Positions 35,329 through 45,475 of a stretch of DNA of 64,000 bases are shown here, one piece after another (the first letter of the stretch is position 1; each line of letters opens with the position of its first letter). Position numbers and translations under genes: made by a program. The stretch is from Nitrospirae bacterium JdFR-86 (GTDB taxonomy: Bacteria; Nitrospirota; Thermodesulfovibrionia; Thermodesulfovibrionales; JdFR-86), in assembly GCA_002011815.1 (NCBI GenBank), contig MTOV01000017.1, positions 10,640-74,639 on the forward strand. Reading direction: 5' to 3'. The notes under the pieces are model-generated. The model saw only the letters and a program-made list of their open reading frames with translations, was not told the origin of the DNA and searched no databases.

Positions 35329-36897
35329 TTAAGACCTTTTTAAAGCCCAGTTTATAATCTCCTCTACCATGGCTTCTATGGTAGCCTTCTTTGGCATGAT
35401 ATCCACTTTTAAGCCGGCTTTCTCTATGGTCTTGGCAGTAACAGGACCAATCGCCGCAATGGCAACTCCCTTTAAGAGTTCTTCTGCATCCTCGCCCATC
35501 ATCTCCCTGAAATTTCTAAACGTAGCGCCGCTTGTGAACGTGGCAACTGTAATCCTGCCTTCTTTAAGAAATCTCTTTAGTCTTTTGCCTTTTGTCTCGG
35601 GCTTGACTGTTCTGTATGCTGTTGGCACATCTATCTCGCCGCCCAATGCCCTGACTGTCTCAGGGAACACCTCTCTTGCAACCTCAGCCCTCGGAAGAAG
35701 AAACCTCATCCCTTTAAGGCTGTCCGAGCCGGCAAGTTTCTTGAACGACTCTATAAGCCCCTCTGCCCTGAACTCATCAGGCACCATGTCAACTTTAATG
35801 CCGTATTTTCTTACCTCCAAAGCCGTCTTCTCACCCACTGCACAGACCTTAATGCCTTTCAGGTCTCTAATATCCTTATCCCGCTCAAAAAACCTTCTAA
35901 AGAAGTACTTAACCCCGTTTGCACTCGTAAATATCAGCCATGGCGGGGTTTCAGACCTTTTCTCCTCAAAACCACGGATATCGGTTATTATCCTGTCTGT
36001 TGCCTCATCCAGTTCATCCCAGCTTTCAGGCGGCACCACCTCGATTGTAGGGAACTCCACCACTTCAGCACCAAGTTCTTCAAGGACTTCAAACCCGCCT
36101 GAATGCTCTCTTGTCACAAGCACCCTTGTTCCGAAAAGCGGCTTGTCTTCATACCATCTCAGACTGTCCCTTAATCTCACGACATCGCCCACGACCATAA
36201 CGGCAGGCGGCTTTATGTCCCTTTGCCTGACCTGAGAAGCAATGTCCTTGAGTGTGCCTGTAAGGGTGGTCTGCTCTGCCCTTGTGCCCCATCTGATTAT
36301 GGCAACAGGTGTGTCAGGTGACCTTCCGTTTTCCATGAGTTTTTCTGTCAGAACATCAATATTTTTAACAGCCATGAGGAAGACCAGAGTGCCTATTCCT
36401 GTAGCAAGCTTTGACCAGTCTATTGAGGAGCCTTCCTTTGTAGCGTCTTCATATCCAGGGATAACGGCAAACGATGAAGAATAACGCCTGTGGGTAAGCG
36501 GGATTCCTGCATAGGCAGGTGCGGCAATCGAGGAGCTTACTCCAGGGACAACTTCAAACTCAATATTTTCTCTGGCAAGCACTTCTGCCTCTTCCCCGCC
36601 TCTGCCGAAGACAAAGGGGTCTCCGCCTTTAAGACGGCATACTACCTTGCCCTCTTTCGCTTTTTTGACGAGAATGTCGTTTATCTCCTCCTGACTCATG
36701 CTGTGGTGTCCGCCGCGCTTGCCTGCATAGATAAACTCCGCCTTGCGATTGATATAATTCAGGACCTGTGCATTGAGATGAAAATCATAGATTACAACAT
36801 CCGCTTTCTTAAGGCACTTCAGACCTTTTATAGTCAGAAGCCCTATATCACCGGGACCGGCTCCGACAAGATATACTTTGCCCTTTGTCTTATCCAT
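35329..36897 (-). CDS. cobA: Fused uroporphyrinogen-III C-methyltransferase / uroporphyrinogen-III synthase
   Basis: N-terminal tetrapyrrole methylase (VYLVGAGPGDIGLLTIKG, VCRLKGGDPFVFGRGGEE) followed by a roughly 250-aa HemD-like C-terminal half. Confidence 0.85.
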   Translation of the reverse strand: MDKTKGKVYLVGAGPGDIGLLTIKGLKCLKKADVVIYDFHLNAQVLNYINRKAEFIYAGKRGGHHSMSQEEINDILVKKAKEGKVVCRLKGGDPFVFGRGGEEAEVLARENIEFEVVPGVSSSIAAPAYAGIPLTHRRYSSSFAVIPGYEDATKEGSSIDWSKLATGIGTLVFLMAVKNIDVLTEKLMENGRSPDTPVAIIRWGTRAEQTTLTGTLKDIASQVRQRDIKPPAVMVVGDVVRLRDSLRWYEDKPLFGTRVLVTREHSGGFEVLEELGAEVVEFPTIEVVPPESWDELDEATDRIITDIRGFEEKRSETPPWLIFTSANGVKYFFRRFFERDKDIRDLKGIKVCAVGEKTALEVRKYGIKVDMVPDEFRAEGLIESFKKLAGSDSLKGMRFLLPRAEVAREVFPETVRALGGEIDVPTAYRTVKPETKGKRLKRFLKEGRITVATFTSGATFRNFREMMGEDAEELLKGVAIAAIGPVTAKTIEKAGLKVDIMPKKATIEAMVEEIINWALKRS

Positions 36898-36997
36898 GAG
36901 AATTTAATTCTATCACAAAAGGAAAGCCGCCTGCCTTACCCGGCTGGAAGCAGGATATGACTGGAAACCGCCTCAAAAGAAAGGCCTCTGCAATCCC

Positions 36998-37207
36998 TTA
37001 ACTGCAAGAACTGCAGGTGGATTTTGAACAGGATGTGCATGAGGATGTGCCTGCAAAGGGTTTTTCTACTCCGCTCATTCCAAAGACAGAGAACTTCTTT
37101 GTCACCTCTTTGGAATCGCACTTAGGGCACTTTACTTCCTGAGAGCCGAAGACCAGCTTCTCGAAGTCCTCACCGCAGGCATTGCACTTATACTCGAATA
37201 TAGGCAT
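36998..37207 (-). CDS. FmdB-family zinc-ribbon protein
   Basis: MPIFEYKCNACGEDFE ... CPKCDS pattern with a Cys/Ser-rich tail. Confidence 0.7.
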   Translation of the reverse strand: MPIFEYKCNACGEDFEKLVFGSQEVKCPKCDSKEVTKKFSVFGMSGVEKPFAGTSSCTSCSKSTCSSCS

Positions 37208-37385
37208 AGTGTCGTATTGATTATAACATAACAGCCGAAAATAACGCTTTGAAAATGTAAGCCCTTGTCCTAAAATAACCCAATAAGTATATTATCTCAT
37301 GTAAACGGTTGATTATCTTGAAGTCAAATGGTTACTATATAAGCCAATCAAAGGGGCGGTGTCCCTTTAATTATGGAGGTTTATC

Positions 37386-37739
37386 ATGTTGGAAGCCATA
37401 GTATCCTTTTTCGTATCCACTGCATGGGCAATGGGTCCGGCTCCTGAAGGCGGTCAGGGCGGTGCCGGCGGGGCCTTCGCAGGACTGCTGCCGCTTATAC
37501 TCATATTCGTAATATTCTACTTCCTGCTCATAAGACCCCAGCAGAAACGGGCAAAAGAACACAGACAGATGATAGAGTCCATTAAAAAAGGCGACAAGGT
37601 CATAACCTCAGGCGGTATATACGGGCTCGTAGACTCTGTGGGAGAGAAAACCGTAACGCTGAAAATTGCAGAAAACGTAAAGATAAAACTCGGGAAGGCA
37701 TACATTGCAGCACTCAGGTCTACTGCGGACGAAGACTGA
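37386..37739 (+). CDS. yajC: Preprotein translocase subunit YajC
   Basis: Single transmembrane helix followed by FYFLLIRPQQKRAKEHRQMIESIKKGDKVITSGGIYG. GGAGG Shine-Dalgarno 7 nt upstream. Confidence 0.9.
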   Translation: MLEAIVSFFVSTAWAMGPAPEGGQGGAGGAFAGLLPLILIFVIFYFLLIRPQQKRAKEHRQMIESIKKGDKVITSGGIYGLVDSVGEKTVTLKIAENVKIKLGKAYIAALRSTADED

Positions 37740-38403
37740 TAAAATCCCTACGTTAGAAACAGTTCGCAACTATCAGAAGGCAAGGCTCTATATAGAGTTA
37801 GCCGATAAATATCTTGAATCCCTCGGCTACACCGAGCACGGCTTCAGACACTGCAATATCGTATCCAAAACCGCTTATAAGATTCTCTCGCAGCTTTCTT
37901 TCGACCAGAAAGAGGCAGAGCTTGCCGCAGTAGCCGGCTTCCTGCACGACATAGGCAACATGGTCGGAAGAAACCAGCACCACCGCACAGGCGCACTGCT
38001 TGCCAAGGAAATCCTCGAAGAACTCGGCTTCGACCTCAGGGATATCGGAAAGGTAATGGCAGCAATCATCATACACGATGAAGACGAGGGAGTAACTCCA
38101 GACCCTGTAGCCGCAGCCCTGCTCATAGCAGACAAGTCAGACGTCCACAGAAGCAGGGTAAGAAGCACATCAATGATTAAAGAGGACATACATGACAGAG
38201 TCAACTATGCAGCAACTGAATCAGAACTCACCGTAGAGCCGGAGAAAAAACTCATCACGCTTTCCCTCGTCATTGATACAAAAATATCTCAGGTAATTGA
38301 ATATTTTGAGATATTTCTTTCAAGGATGACTGCATGCAGAAAAGCGGCAAAAGCCTTAGGGTGCGAATTTCAGCTCTATATAAACGACAGCAGAATGGCA
38401 TAA
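37705..38403 (+). CDS. HD-domain phosphohydrolase
   Basis: H...HD metal-binding signature (HGFRHCNIV, GFLHDIGN, LIADKSD). Overlaps the yajC 3' end by 35 nt, so the exact start is uncertain. Confidence 0.7.
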   Translation: MQHSGLLRTKTDKIPTLETVRNYQKARLYIELADKYLESLGYTEHGFRHCNIVSKTAYKILSQLSFDQKEAELAAVAGFLHDIGNMVGRNQHHRTGALLAKEILEELGFDLRDIGKVMAAIIIHDEDEGVTPDPVAAALLIADKSDVHRSRVRSTSMIKEDIHDRVNYAATESELTVEPEKKLITLSLVIDTKISQVIEYFEIFLSRMTACRKAAKALGCEFQLYINDSRMA

Positions 38404-38584
38404 CTCCCCCACTTGCTGAAAAATCTGCATGTAATATAGTGGCAGGATTTACGGGATTTATCGAAAAGCCCGGCTCTGCTTCAGAAAGACTGTCTTTACT
38501 TGTTAAGGGAGGCGGTTTGGAGAACAGATAAATTTTATACCATGATTTGCTCCGGCAAGGTGCCAGAGACTAAGAAAGGCACAT

Positions 38585-39787
38585 ATGTCAAAAAAATATG
38601 CGGTTTATATTTTTCTCTTGTTTTTTATCATAGGGCTATTTTATATCGTTAACCCTGCTTTTTCTCAGTCCCCGACACCAGACTGCTACGGCACTCTTAA
38701 GGCATGGGAGGCAGACAAGGTTACTCCAGGACTGCAACAGTGGTGGAGCGAACATAAATGCTATTGCCCGAGTGCCTATTCCCAGCCCGTATGTGTCAAA
38801 AAAAGCACCACACCGTGGGGTGCCGCTCCTGTTACACCTTCAGGCAATTTAAGTCCTTCCCAGCAGTTTGCCGTTCAGGCATTTGGAAGCCTCATGCAGG
38901 GATTATTTCAGGGGCTGTTCGCTCCTTCGAATAATGCCTATCAGCAACAGATGATAAGACAGCAGGAAGAGGCAAGGAAGAAGGAAGAGGCGATGAAAAA
39001 ACAGGCATTAGAGCGATGGAAGAGTCTCCAGAAAGAAGAGAAATCCAAGATGACACGACAGGAGGCTCAAAAAAGGCAGCGGGGGCAGGAATTGCTTGCA
39101 AAAATAGGCAGAATAGGCAGCGACGAACTAAGTGCCGAAGGTATGGGCAGCGGCAAACTTGAGCCATACAGGTGGGGAACCGCCAAGCCAGAGTTTAAAC
39201 CCATAGGAACAGGCAGATATGACACATCAGGACTTTTATCGTGGCAGAGGTTTCTCTGTGCCGCATACTTTTCCACCTGGGCGCTTTCAGAGATGAAGAG
39301 TGGAAATCCTAAAGGGGCGACATTTCTGAACAGTCAGGCAAGCAAGGTAATCGCAGGAGACATGACTGATGTGGAGTGTAATTTTCCTGCACTGCCACAA
39401 CCGCCTGAACCCCAAAAGACAGACATGAAGATGCAGAAAATGACCAGCCTCTTTGACAAGGTGCAGATAAAGGTAAAACACCTTCAGGAGATAGAAAACA
39501 AGCTCTACGAGGCAAGAAAGGCAAAACACGATGCAGAGATAAAACTGAAGGAAGCAGAAGAAAAAATCTCAGAAATAAAAAATCAGTCCCAGAATGCAAA
39601 ATCACCTGAGGAGAAATCACAGTATGACGACCTTCTCAAGCAAGTCCTCGCCCTCCGAGACAATGCGAAAACCCAGCTTGATAAGGCAAGACAATCCGAA
39701 GAGGAATACCTTCAGATGAAAAAGAATGAAATAAACGAAATAAAAAAGATAGAACAAACGGTAAAGCGTGAGTTCGGAAAGGAATGA
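38585..39787 (+). CDS. Secreted protein with a Cys-containing N-domain and a long Lys/Glu/Gln-rich coiled coil
   Basis: Signal peptide MSKKYAVYIFLLFFIIGLFYIVNPAFSQ. Charged heptad-like regions (QQQMIRQQEEARKKEEAMKKQALERW; KLKEAEEKISEIKNQ). No family recognised. Confidence 0.65.
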   Translation: MSKKYAVYIFLLFFIIGLFYIVNPAFSQSPTPDCYGTLKAWEADKVTPGLQQWWSEHKCYCPSAYSQPVCVKKSTTPWGAAPVTPSGNLSPSQQFAVQAFGSLMQGLFQGLFAPSNNAYQQQMIRQQEEARKKEEAMKKQALERWKSLQKEEKSKMTRQEAQKRQRGQELLAKIGRIGSDELSAEGMGSGKLEPYRWGTAKPEFKPIGTGRYDTSGLLSWQRFLCAAYFSTWALSEMKSGNPKGATFLNSQASKVIAGDMTDVECNFPALPQPPEPQKTDMKMQKMTSLFDKVQIKVKHLQEIENKLYEARKAKHDAEIKLKEAEEKISEIKNQSQNAKSPEEKSQYDDLLKQVLALRDNAKTQLDKARQSEEEYLQMKKNEINEIKKIEQTVKREFGKE

Positions 39788-39803
39788 AGAAAGGAGACGG
39801 ACA

Positions 39804-41642
39804 ATGAGAGGTTTGAAAGTAATTGCAGTGGTTGCCTTAATTCTTCTGACAAGCTGTATGGCAGGGGACTTTAGAGTGTTTGGGATTGCTAACTTACAGC
39901 AAAAAAATTATGACGCAGCGATCTCAAATTTCAAAACGGCTGTTAATATGGACCCATCCGATGGAAATAATCATTTCTGGCTTGGAAGGGCGTATTATCT
40001 AAAGGGCGACTACAAGAACGCTGTCGTGCACCTTAAGAAGGCTACAGAACTCCAGCCGAATGACGTTTATAATCACTACTGGCTTGCTCAAGTTTATATG
40101 AAAACAGGGAAATGGCAGGAGGCGGTCAGCTCGCTTAAAAAAGCAATCCAGATAAAACCTACGAATAGTGACTATTTTAAAGGTTTGTCGTATTGCTACA
40201 ATGAACTCCACCAGTACGACAATGCCATAACTGCTGCCAAAAGGGCGATAGAGTTAAAACCTGATAATGTCTCAGCCTACAACAACCTCGGATACGCGTA
40301 TGCTAAAAACAAGCAGTATGATGAGGCGTTCAAAGCCTTCAAAAAGGCAATAGAATTAAATCCACAAAATGCCGTTCCTTACGGTAATTTCGGATTTTTT
40401 CTAGTTGAAAAAGGAAACTACGCAGAGGCTGCAGAACAATACAAAAAAGCGGTTTCACTGCAACCGAACAATCTGGCATATCTCTCAAGACTTGCCAGTG
40501 CATACTACATGCAGGGCAAATATGATGACGCCCTTGATACCATCAACAAAACAGTTGCCATATCTACTTTCACAGGGATTGGAACAAGGATTCAGATTGT
40601 CGCCGGATTCCCTGTTGTCACAGAAGTTTTTGAATCAAGGCCTGCAAAAAAGGCAGGCATACAGAAAGAGGACAGGATTATAAAGATTGACGGAAAATCC
40701 ACAAAAGGCTTGGCTCTTGAAAAAGTAATCCAGAAACTAAGGGGTCAGGAGGGCGCAGAGGTTGTATTGACGATTAAACGGGAAGGGGTAAAGAAGCCCT
40801 TTGAAAAAACCCTCACAAGGGAAAAGATAATCCCTAAAGAAACAGCGCCAAACTTTGGGTATAGAAGCCTCATACAAAGGCACAGGGGAAGCCGGGAGGA
40901 AGCATTAAAAGACGCTGAACTGGCCTACTCTCTTAATTCATCCGATGACTGGGCAAGGCTTGCCCTTGGCGCATCCTACCTTGACAGGGGCAGGTATGAG
41001 GAATCTATCGAATTACTTTCACAGGTGAAAGACAGCACCTGGGCCCGTCTTCTTGAAGCCACTGCTCATGCAAAACAGGGCAATGTCAAAAAGGCGGTTG
41101 ATATTTACTCATCCATTCCGGAAGAGAAACTGTCCCCGAAAGACGTGCCGTTATGGAGTGACAGGAACACTCTGCTTCAGGCTTTAAAGCCTTTTGTCGC
41201 CTCAAAAAAGGAAAATGCCAAGACCCTTCAGGCTCAAGGCAGGTATAAGGAAGCACTTGATGAGCTTGGCGACGCCTTAAAGGCTGCTGATGATACGGAT
41301 TCAAAAGAGATATGCAGGGCGATGTCAGAAATAATAAGAAGAGACCCGCGGCTTTCCGAACTTCCTGAGGAAGCAAGAAAATACGTATTAAGGGGAGAGG
41401 TGCTGACAGAAGAGGGGAATTTTGAAGAGGCAGCGAAGGAATACCGGAAAGCCGTGCAGGCAGCCCCGTACATCGCAAAACTGCATCTCAACACCGCTAT
41501 GGTCTATGGAGAGTTGAAAAAGTATCCCATGGCGATTCGCTACATGAAGACCTTTCTCCAGCTTGCACCTGAAGCGCCCAATGCCAGGGCTGCACAGGAC
41601 CAGATATACAAATGGGAGCTTATGGTAGAGAAGGGAAAATAA
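39804..41642 (+). CDS. Lipoprotein with multiple TPR repeats flanking an internal PDZ domain
   Basis: Start set to ATG 39804 (GGAG 7 nt upstream), which gives MRGLKVIAVVALILLTSC (lipobox-like). Repeated TPR consensus (A..FK.A..L.P.N..A...LG.AY). PDZ-like segment GIGTRIQIVAGFPVVTEVFESRPAKKAGIQKEDRIIKIDG. Confidence 0.75.
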   Translation: MRGLKVIAVVALILLTSCMAGDFRVFGIANLQQKNYDAAISNFKTAVNMDPSDGNNHFWLGRAYYLKGDYKNAVVHLKKATELQPNDVYNHYWLAQVYMKTGKWQEAVSSLKKAIQIKPTNSDYFKGLSYCYNELHQYDNAITAAKRAIELKPDNVSAYNNLGYAYAKNKQYDEAFKAFKKAIELNPQNAVPYGNFGFFLVEKGNYAEAAEQYKKAVSLQPNNLAYLSRLASAYYMQGKYDDALDTINKTVAISTFTGIGTRIQIVAGFPVVTEVFESRPAKKAGIQKEDRIIKIDGKSTKGLALEKVIQKLRGQEGAEVVLTIKREGVKKPFEKTLTREKIIPKETAPNFGYRSLIQRHRGSREEALKDAELAYSLNSSDDWARLALGASYLDRGRYEESIELLSQVKDSTWARLLEATAHAKQGNVKKAVDIYSSIPEEKLSPKDVPLWSDRNTLLQALKPFVASKKENAKTLQAQGRYKEALDELGDALKAADDTDSKEICRAMSEIIRRDPRLSELPEEARKYVLRGEVLTEEGNFEEAAKEYRKAVQAAPYIAKLHLNTAMVYGELKKYPMAIRYMKTFLQLAPEAPNARAAQDQIYKWELMVEKGK

Positions 41643-41648
41643 AGGGAC

Positions 41649-42758
41649 ATGGTGAGAAAATTTATAACCAGCTTTACGTTTTGTATCATTTGCCTTTTCT
41701 GCTTTAGCAACTCGCAAGCACAGACAGCGGATATTGAAAGGGGAGCCTGGCTCCTTGGTGTGATATTCAAACTGGAAAGGATGAGGGATAACGCTGTAGC
41801 TGACGTTCAAAGATACGAAAGCGAAATACAGAAATGCGATAGCACTATCAGGAAATCTGAAAACTTCATAAGACTGGCTCAGCAAAAAGGCAATGCAGAG
41901 GTGGAGATGATTGCACGGGATGCATTAGCCAAGGCAAATGAAGCCAGGATGAAAAATGAAGGACTGAAGCGTGCGGCAGAACTCAGAAAAAAGAGGGCGG
42001 AAATAGCTATCGCAAACGTGCGCAACCTGCTCGCAAAGCAGCTATCGGTAAAATCTGAGATAAAATCGGTGGTAACCGGTTATTCCGGCGATGTCTATAT
42101 TTTTTCAAGGAAACGGAATGAGACGACACCTTTAGGAGAAAACAGTGCGGGTTATCTTGAGCCGGGTGATGAGATATGGACGCTTGGGAAAAGCAGTGCT
42201 GAGATGCAATTCCTTGATGGCAGGGGCACTCTGAGGCTTGGAGAGTATTCCAGATTCAGGATGGAGGAAGATGACCACGGGGTGCAGACGATAAACATGC
42301 TTAAAGGCAAAATCTATGTTGCTGTTGACAAGCTTGATGAATATCGGAAGATGGTTGCAGAAAAACTCAAGGCATATAAAGAAGATGTTTCCACGGTGAA
42401 AGACGAGATAATCCGGAAAATAGTGGATGAATATGAGAAAAAAAAGGACCGCATAGAAAAGGTGCGAAGCGGAAGATATTACACCACAGGTCTTCTGGGG
42501 CCGCTGGGGTCAGCGCCTCTGATTCGCACTCCAACTGCAGTGTTTGGTGTCAGAGGCACAAAATTTCTGGTTTTTGAAGATGAAACAGTAGGGACAGAGT
42601 TAATCGTTCTTGAGGGAACGGTAGAAGTGAAAGCGATAAATGGACAAAAAGCCTTCCCTGTTGATACCGGGAACAAAATACGGGTAACAAACGACGGCGT
42701 CATCTCCAAACCGGAACATGTTGATTTATCAAAATTACAAAGATGGTGGGAGATGTGA
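41649..42758 (+). CDS. Secreted FecR-domain protein with an N-terminal coiled coil
   Basis: Signal peptide ending SNSQAQT. FecR-like beta-rich C-terminal part (GDVYIF, LEPGDEIWT, IRTPTAVFGVRGTKFLVF, LEGTVEV). No anti-sigma N-domain and no adjacent ECF sigma factor. Confidence 0.7.
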   Translation: MVRKFITSFTFCIICLFCFSNSQAQTADIERGAWLLGVIFKLERMRDNAVADVQRYESEIQKCDSTIRKSENFIRLAQQKGNAEVEMIARDALAKANEARMKNEGLKRAAELRKKRAEIAIANVRNLLAKQLSVKSEIKSVVTGYSGDVYIFSRKRNETTPLGENSAGYLEPGDEIWTLGKSSAEMQFLDGRGTLRLGEYSRFRMEEDDHGVQTINMLKGKIYVAVDKLDEYRKMVAEKLKAYKEDVSTVKDEIIRKIVDEYEKKKDRIEKVRSGRYYTTGLLGPLGSAPLIRTPTAVFGVRGTKFLVFEDETVGTELIVLEGTVEVKAINGQKAFPVDTGNKIRVTNDGVISKPEHVDLSKLQRWWEM

Positions 42759-42882
42759 AGGGTTCCTAGGATTAGCCACTTGCTGAAACAGTGCCTTTTA
42801 GTGCAAAATATCTAGAATTTAACTCAAAGACAAAAACTCGTTTACTGAAACACTCTTTATCTGTAACTGACTCGGAGGTTGA

Positions 42883-44496
42883 ATGAAAAAGAAGATTCTC
42901 TGGAGGCTTATCCTAATAGGAGCCACTACACTGATTGCCTTTATATTCTTCCTGCCGAACACTCCTCTGTTCAAGTATATGCCTACCTGGTGGAAGAACA
43001 ACATGCCCAACAAAGGCATAACCCTCGGGCTTGACCTTCAGGGAGGCATACACCTCGTCTTTGAGGTCGAAGGAGACAGGGCAGTAGAGATAACCACCGA
43101 CAGAATGGTGCAGTCCATCAGAGAGGTAATCTCCAAAAAGAAACTCGAGGCAGAGATAAAAAGAGAAGGTTTGCTTATAACAGTCACTCCGCCTTCGCCG
43201 GAAATAGACTCACTGATAAAAGATAACTTTCCAACACTTACCCTTGTCAAAACAGGCGTGTATAAACTTTCAGATAAAGAAATCAACCGTATAAAGGACA
43301 ATGCCGCTGATCAGGCACTTGAAACCATCCGCAACAGGATAGACCAGTTCGGAGTTGCAGAACCCACGATACACAGACAGGGGACAGACGAAATCGTGGT
43401 GCAGCTTCCCGGAGTCAAAGACCCGAAACGTGCAATAGACATCATAGGAAAGACCGCACAGCTTGAGTTCAAACTCGTTGACGACGTCTCACCTGTAGCC
43501 GCAGAGCTTCCAAGAGTCATATATCCCGGAGAGGAAGAACTCATACTCGAAAAATTCAAGGACAAGATTCCTCCGGAAGATGAAATACTGTTTCAGCGGC
43601 ACGTTAACAGGGTAACAGGAGAGGTCACAAAAACCCCTATACTTCTCAAAAAAGAGACCCTGCTTACAGGCGAACTTCTGACCGAGGCAAAGGTCAGCAT
43701 AGACACGAGGTTCAACGAACCTTATGTCTCGCTGAAATTCAACCCTACTGGTGCAAAGTTATTTGAAGAAATAACAGGAGCCAATGTTCAGAAAAGGCTG
43801 GCTATAATCCTTGACGGAAATGTCTATTCAGCACCTGTCATCAGGGAACGGATTTCCGGCGGAAGTGCACAGATAACAGGCAGCTTCTCCATGCAGGAGG
43901 CAAAAGACCTTGCAATAGTCCTCAGGGCAGGCGCACTTCCTGCACCAGTGAAGATGCTTCAGAACGTAACTGTCGGACCATCGCTCGGCAGGGACTCAAT
44001 AGAGGCTGGAAAGACCGCAGGCATCATCGGCGCAGTGCTCGTGGTGGTCTTTATGGTGGTCTATTACAAGCTCGCCGGTCTTATAGCTGACTTTGCACTT
44101 GCCCTCAACATCCTGCTTCTGCTCGGAGCAATGGCCTCGCTTAATGCAACACTCACCCTGCCGGGCATAGCAGGAATAATACTCGCCATCGGTATGGCTG
44201 TGGACTCCAATGTCCTCATGTTCGAGAGAATGAGAGAGGAACTGAGGGCAGGCAAGACTCCAAGGGCAGCAGTGGATTCAGGCTACCACAAGGCGTTCTG
44301 GACGATATTCGACTCGCATGTAACCACGCTTATAACAGCAGCCGTGCTCTTTCAGTTCGGAACAGGTCCTATAAAAGGCTTTGCCGTAACCCTGAGCCTC
44401 GGCGTAGCCATAAACCTGTTTACAGCCCTCGTCGGCACAAAAACCATATTCGACCTGATAAACCAGCGGAAGGAGGTTAAGTCCTTAAGCATATGA
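42883..44496 (+). CDS. secD: Protein translocase subunit SecD
   Basis: [25 protein letters not shown] and the C-terminal 6-TM core. GGAGG Shine-Dalgarno. Confidence 0.9.
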   Translation: MKKKILWRLILIGATTLIAFIFFLPNTPLFKYMPTWWKNNMPNKGITLGLDLQGGIHLVFEVEGDRAVEITTDRMVQSIREVISKKKLEAEIKREGLLITVTPPSPEIDSLIKDNFPTLTLVKTGVYKLSDKEINRIKDNAADQALETIRNRIDQFGVAEPTIHRQGTDEIVVQLPGVKDPKRAIDIIGKTAQLEFKLVDDVSPVAAELPRVIYPGEEELILEKFKDKIPPEDEILFQRHVNRVTGEVTKTPILLKKETLLTGELLTEAKVSIDTRFNEPYVSLKFNPTGAKLFEEITGANVQKRLAIILDGNVYSAPVIRERISGGSAQITGSFSMQEAKDLAIVLRAGALPAPVKMLQNVTVGPSLGRDSIEAGKTAGIIGAVLVVVFMVVYYKLAGLIADFALALNILLLLGAMASLNATLTLPGIAGIILAIGMAVDSNVLMFERMREELRAGKTPRAAVDSGYHKAFWTIFDSHVTTLITAAVLFQFGTGPIKGFAVTLSLGVAINLFTALVGTKTIFDLINQRKEVKSLSI

Positions 44497-45410
44497 TAGA
44501 GCTTATTAAAAAAACGAATATAGACTTCATGGGCAAGCGGTTCTACGCATTCGCAATATCCGCAATACTCGCCGGAATAGGAATCATAGCCATAATTCAG
44601 GTGGCAAGAGGAAAGGCAAACCTGGGGATTGACTTTGCAGGCGGCACCGCAGTGCAGATAAAGTTTGCCGAACAGATTAAGCTCGATGCAGTAAGAGACG
44701 CGCTTGAAAAGGCAGGACTTAAGGAATTCGACCTCCAAGACCTGCCCACCGAAAACAAGATACTGATAAGAGTAAAGGAAAAGGAAGAGACATTAGGCGG
44801 GTTCTCAGAAAAGATAGTCTCTACCCTTACTGAAAAATTTGCAGATAAAAAACCGGTTGTGGACTCCACCACCGAGATAGGTCCGAAAGTAGGCAAGAAA
44901 CTCAAAAGAGACGCCATTATAGCCATCATAGCAGCTACCATCGGATTGCTTATATACGTAGCCTTTAGATTCCAGTTCAGGTTCGGCGTAGGCGCAACAG
45001 TGGCTACATTCCATGACGTCCTGGCTGTCCTTGGAATATTCTACCTTACAGGCAAGGAGATAAACCTTATACTCGTAAGCGCCCTGCTGATGATTGCAGG
45101 TTACTCCCTGACCGACACTGTGGTGGTCTTCGACAGAATAAGAGAAAACCTCAGGGCAAGAACCAGAGCACCGATAAACACAATAATAAACAAGAGCATA
45201 AACGAAGTGCTTTCAAGAACGATAATCGTATCCCTGACAACACTGCTTGCAGCAGTAGCACTGTTCTTCTTCGGCGGGGAAGTGATACATGATTTCTCGC
45301 TTGCGATAATCTTAGGGGTCGTCATCGGAACTTACTCCTCGATATTCGTTGCAAGCCCTGTAGTTTTGCTCTGGAGCAGTAAAAAACCCCTTGCGAGGAA
45401 GGGGTTATAG
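44493..45410 (+). CDS. secF: Protein translocase subunit SecF
   Basis: The ATG overlaps the secD stop (ATGA). [10 protein letters not shown] and [17 protein letters not shown] motifs. Confidence 0.9.
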   Translation: MIELIKKTNIDFMGKRFYAFAISAILAGIGIIAIIQVARGKANLGIDFAGGTAVQIKFAEQIKLDAVRDALEKAGLKEFDLQDLPTENKILIRVKEKEETLGGFSEKIVSTLTEKFADKKPVVDSTTEIGPKVGKKLKRDAIIAIIAATIGLLIYVAFRFQFRFGVGATVATFHDVLAVLGIFYLTGKEINLILVSALLMIAGYSLTDTVVVFDRIRENLRARTRAPINTIINKSINEVLSRTIIVSLTTLLAAVALFFFGGEVIHDFSLAIILGVVIGTYSSIFVASPVVLLWSSKKPLARKGL

Positions 45411-45426
45411 ACCCCTTTTTATTTTT
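45399..45426 (+). terminator. Rho-independent terminator of the secDF operon
   Basis: AAGGGGT-TATAG-ACCCCTT stem-loop followed by TTTATTTTT. The secF stop codon lies in the loop. Confidence 0.6.
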
Positions 45427-45475
45427 ATTGATATGCATCTGCCAATTCAGATAAAAACAGGAGCTATGCCTGCAT

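Noticed and set aside
38334-38531. Track ORF 38334-38531 (65 aa) and a short ATG ORF at about 38550 in the gap before the coiled-coil gene.
   Set aside because: The first overlaps the 3' end of the HD gene in another frame. Neither has a Shine-Dalgarno. Both are better explained as chance frames inside a ~140-nt 5' leader.
38409-42788. The 13-bp direct repeat CCACTTGCTGAAA flanking the coiled-coil/TPR-PDZ/FecR genes, read as a target-site duplication of a mobile insertion.
   Set aside because: Tens of 13-mer coincidences are expected by chance in a 64-kb window. There is no integrase, transposase or terminal inverted repeat. Both copies overlap plausible -35 hexamers, so a shared promoter motif is the more economical reading.
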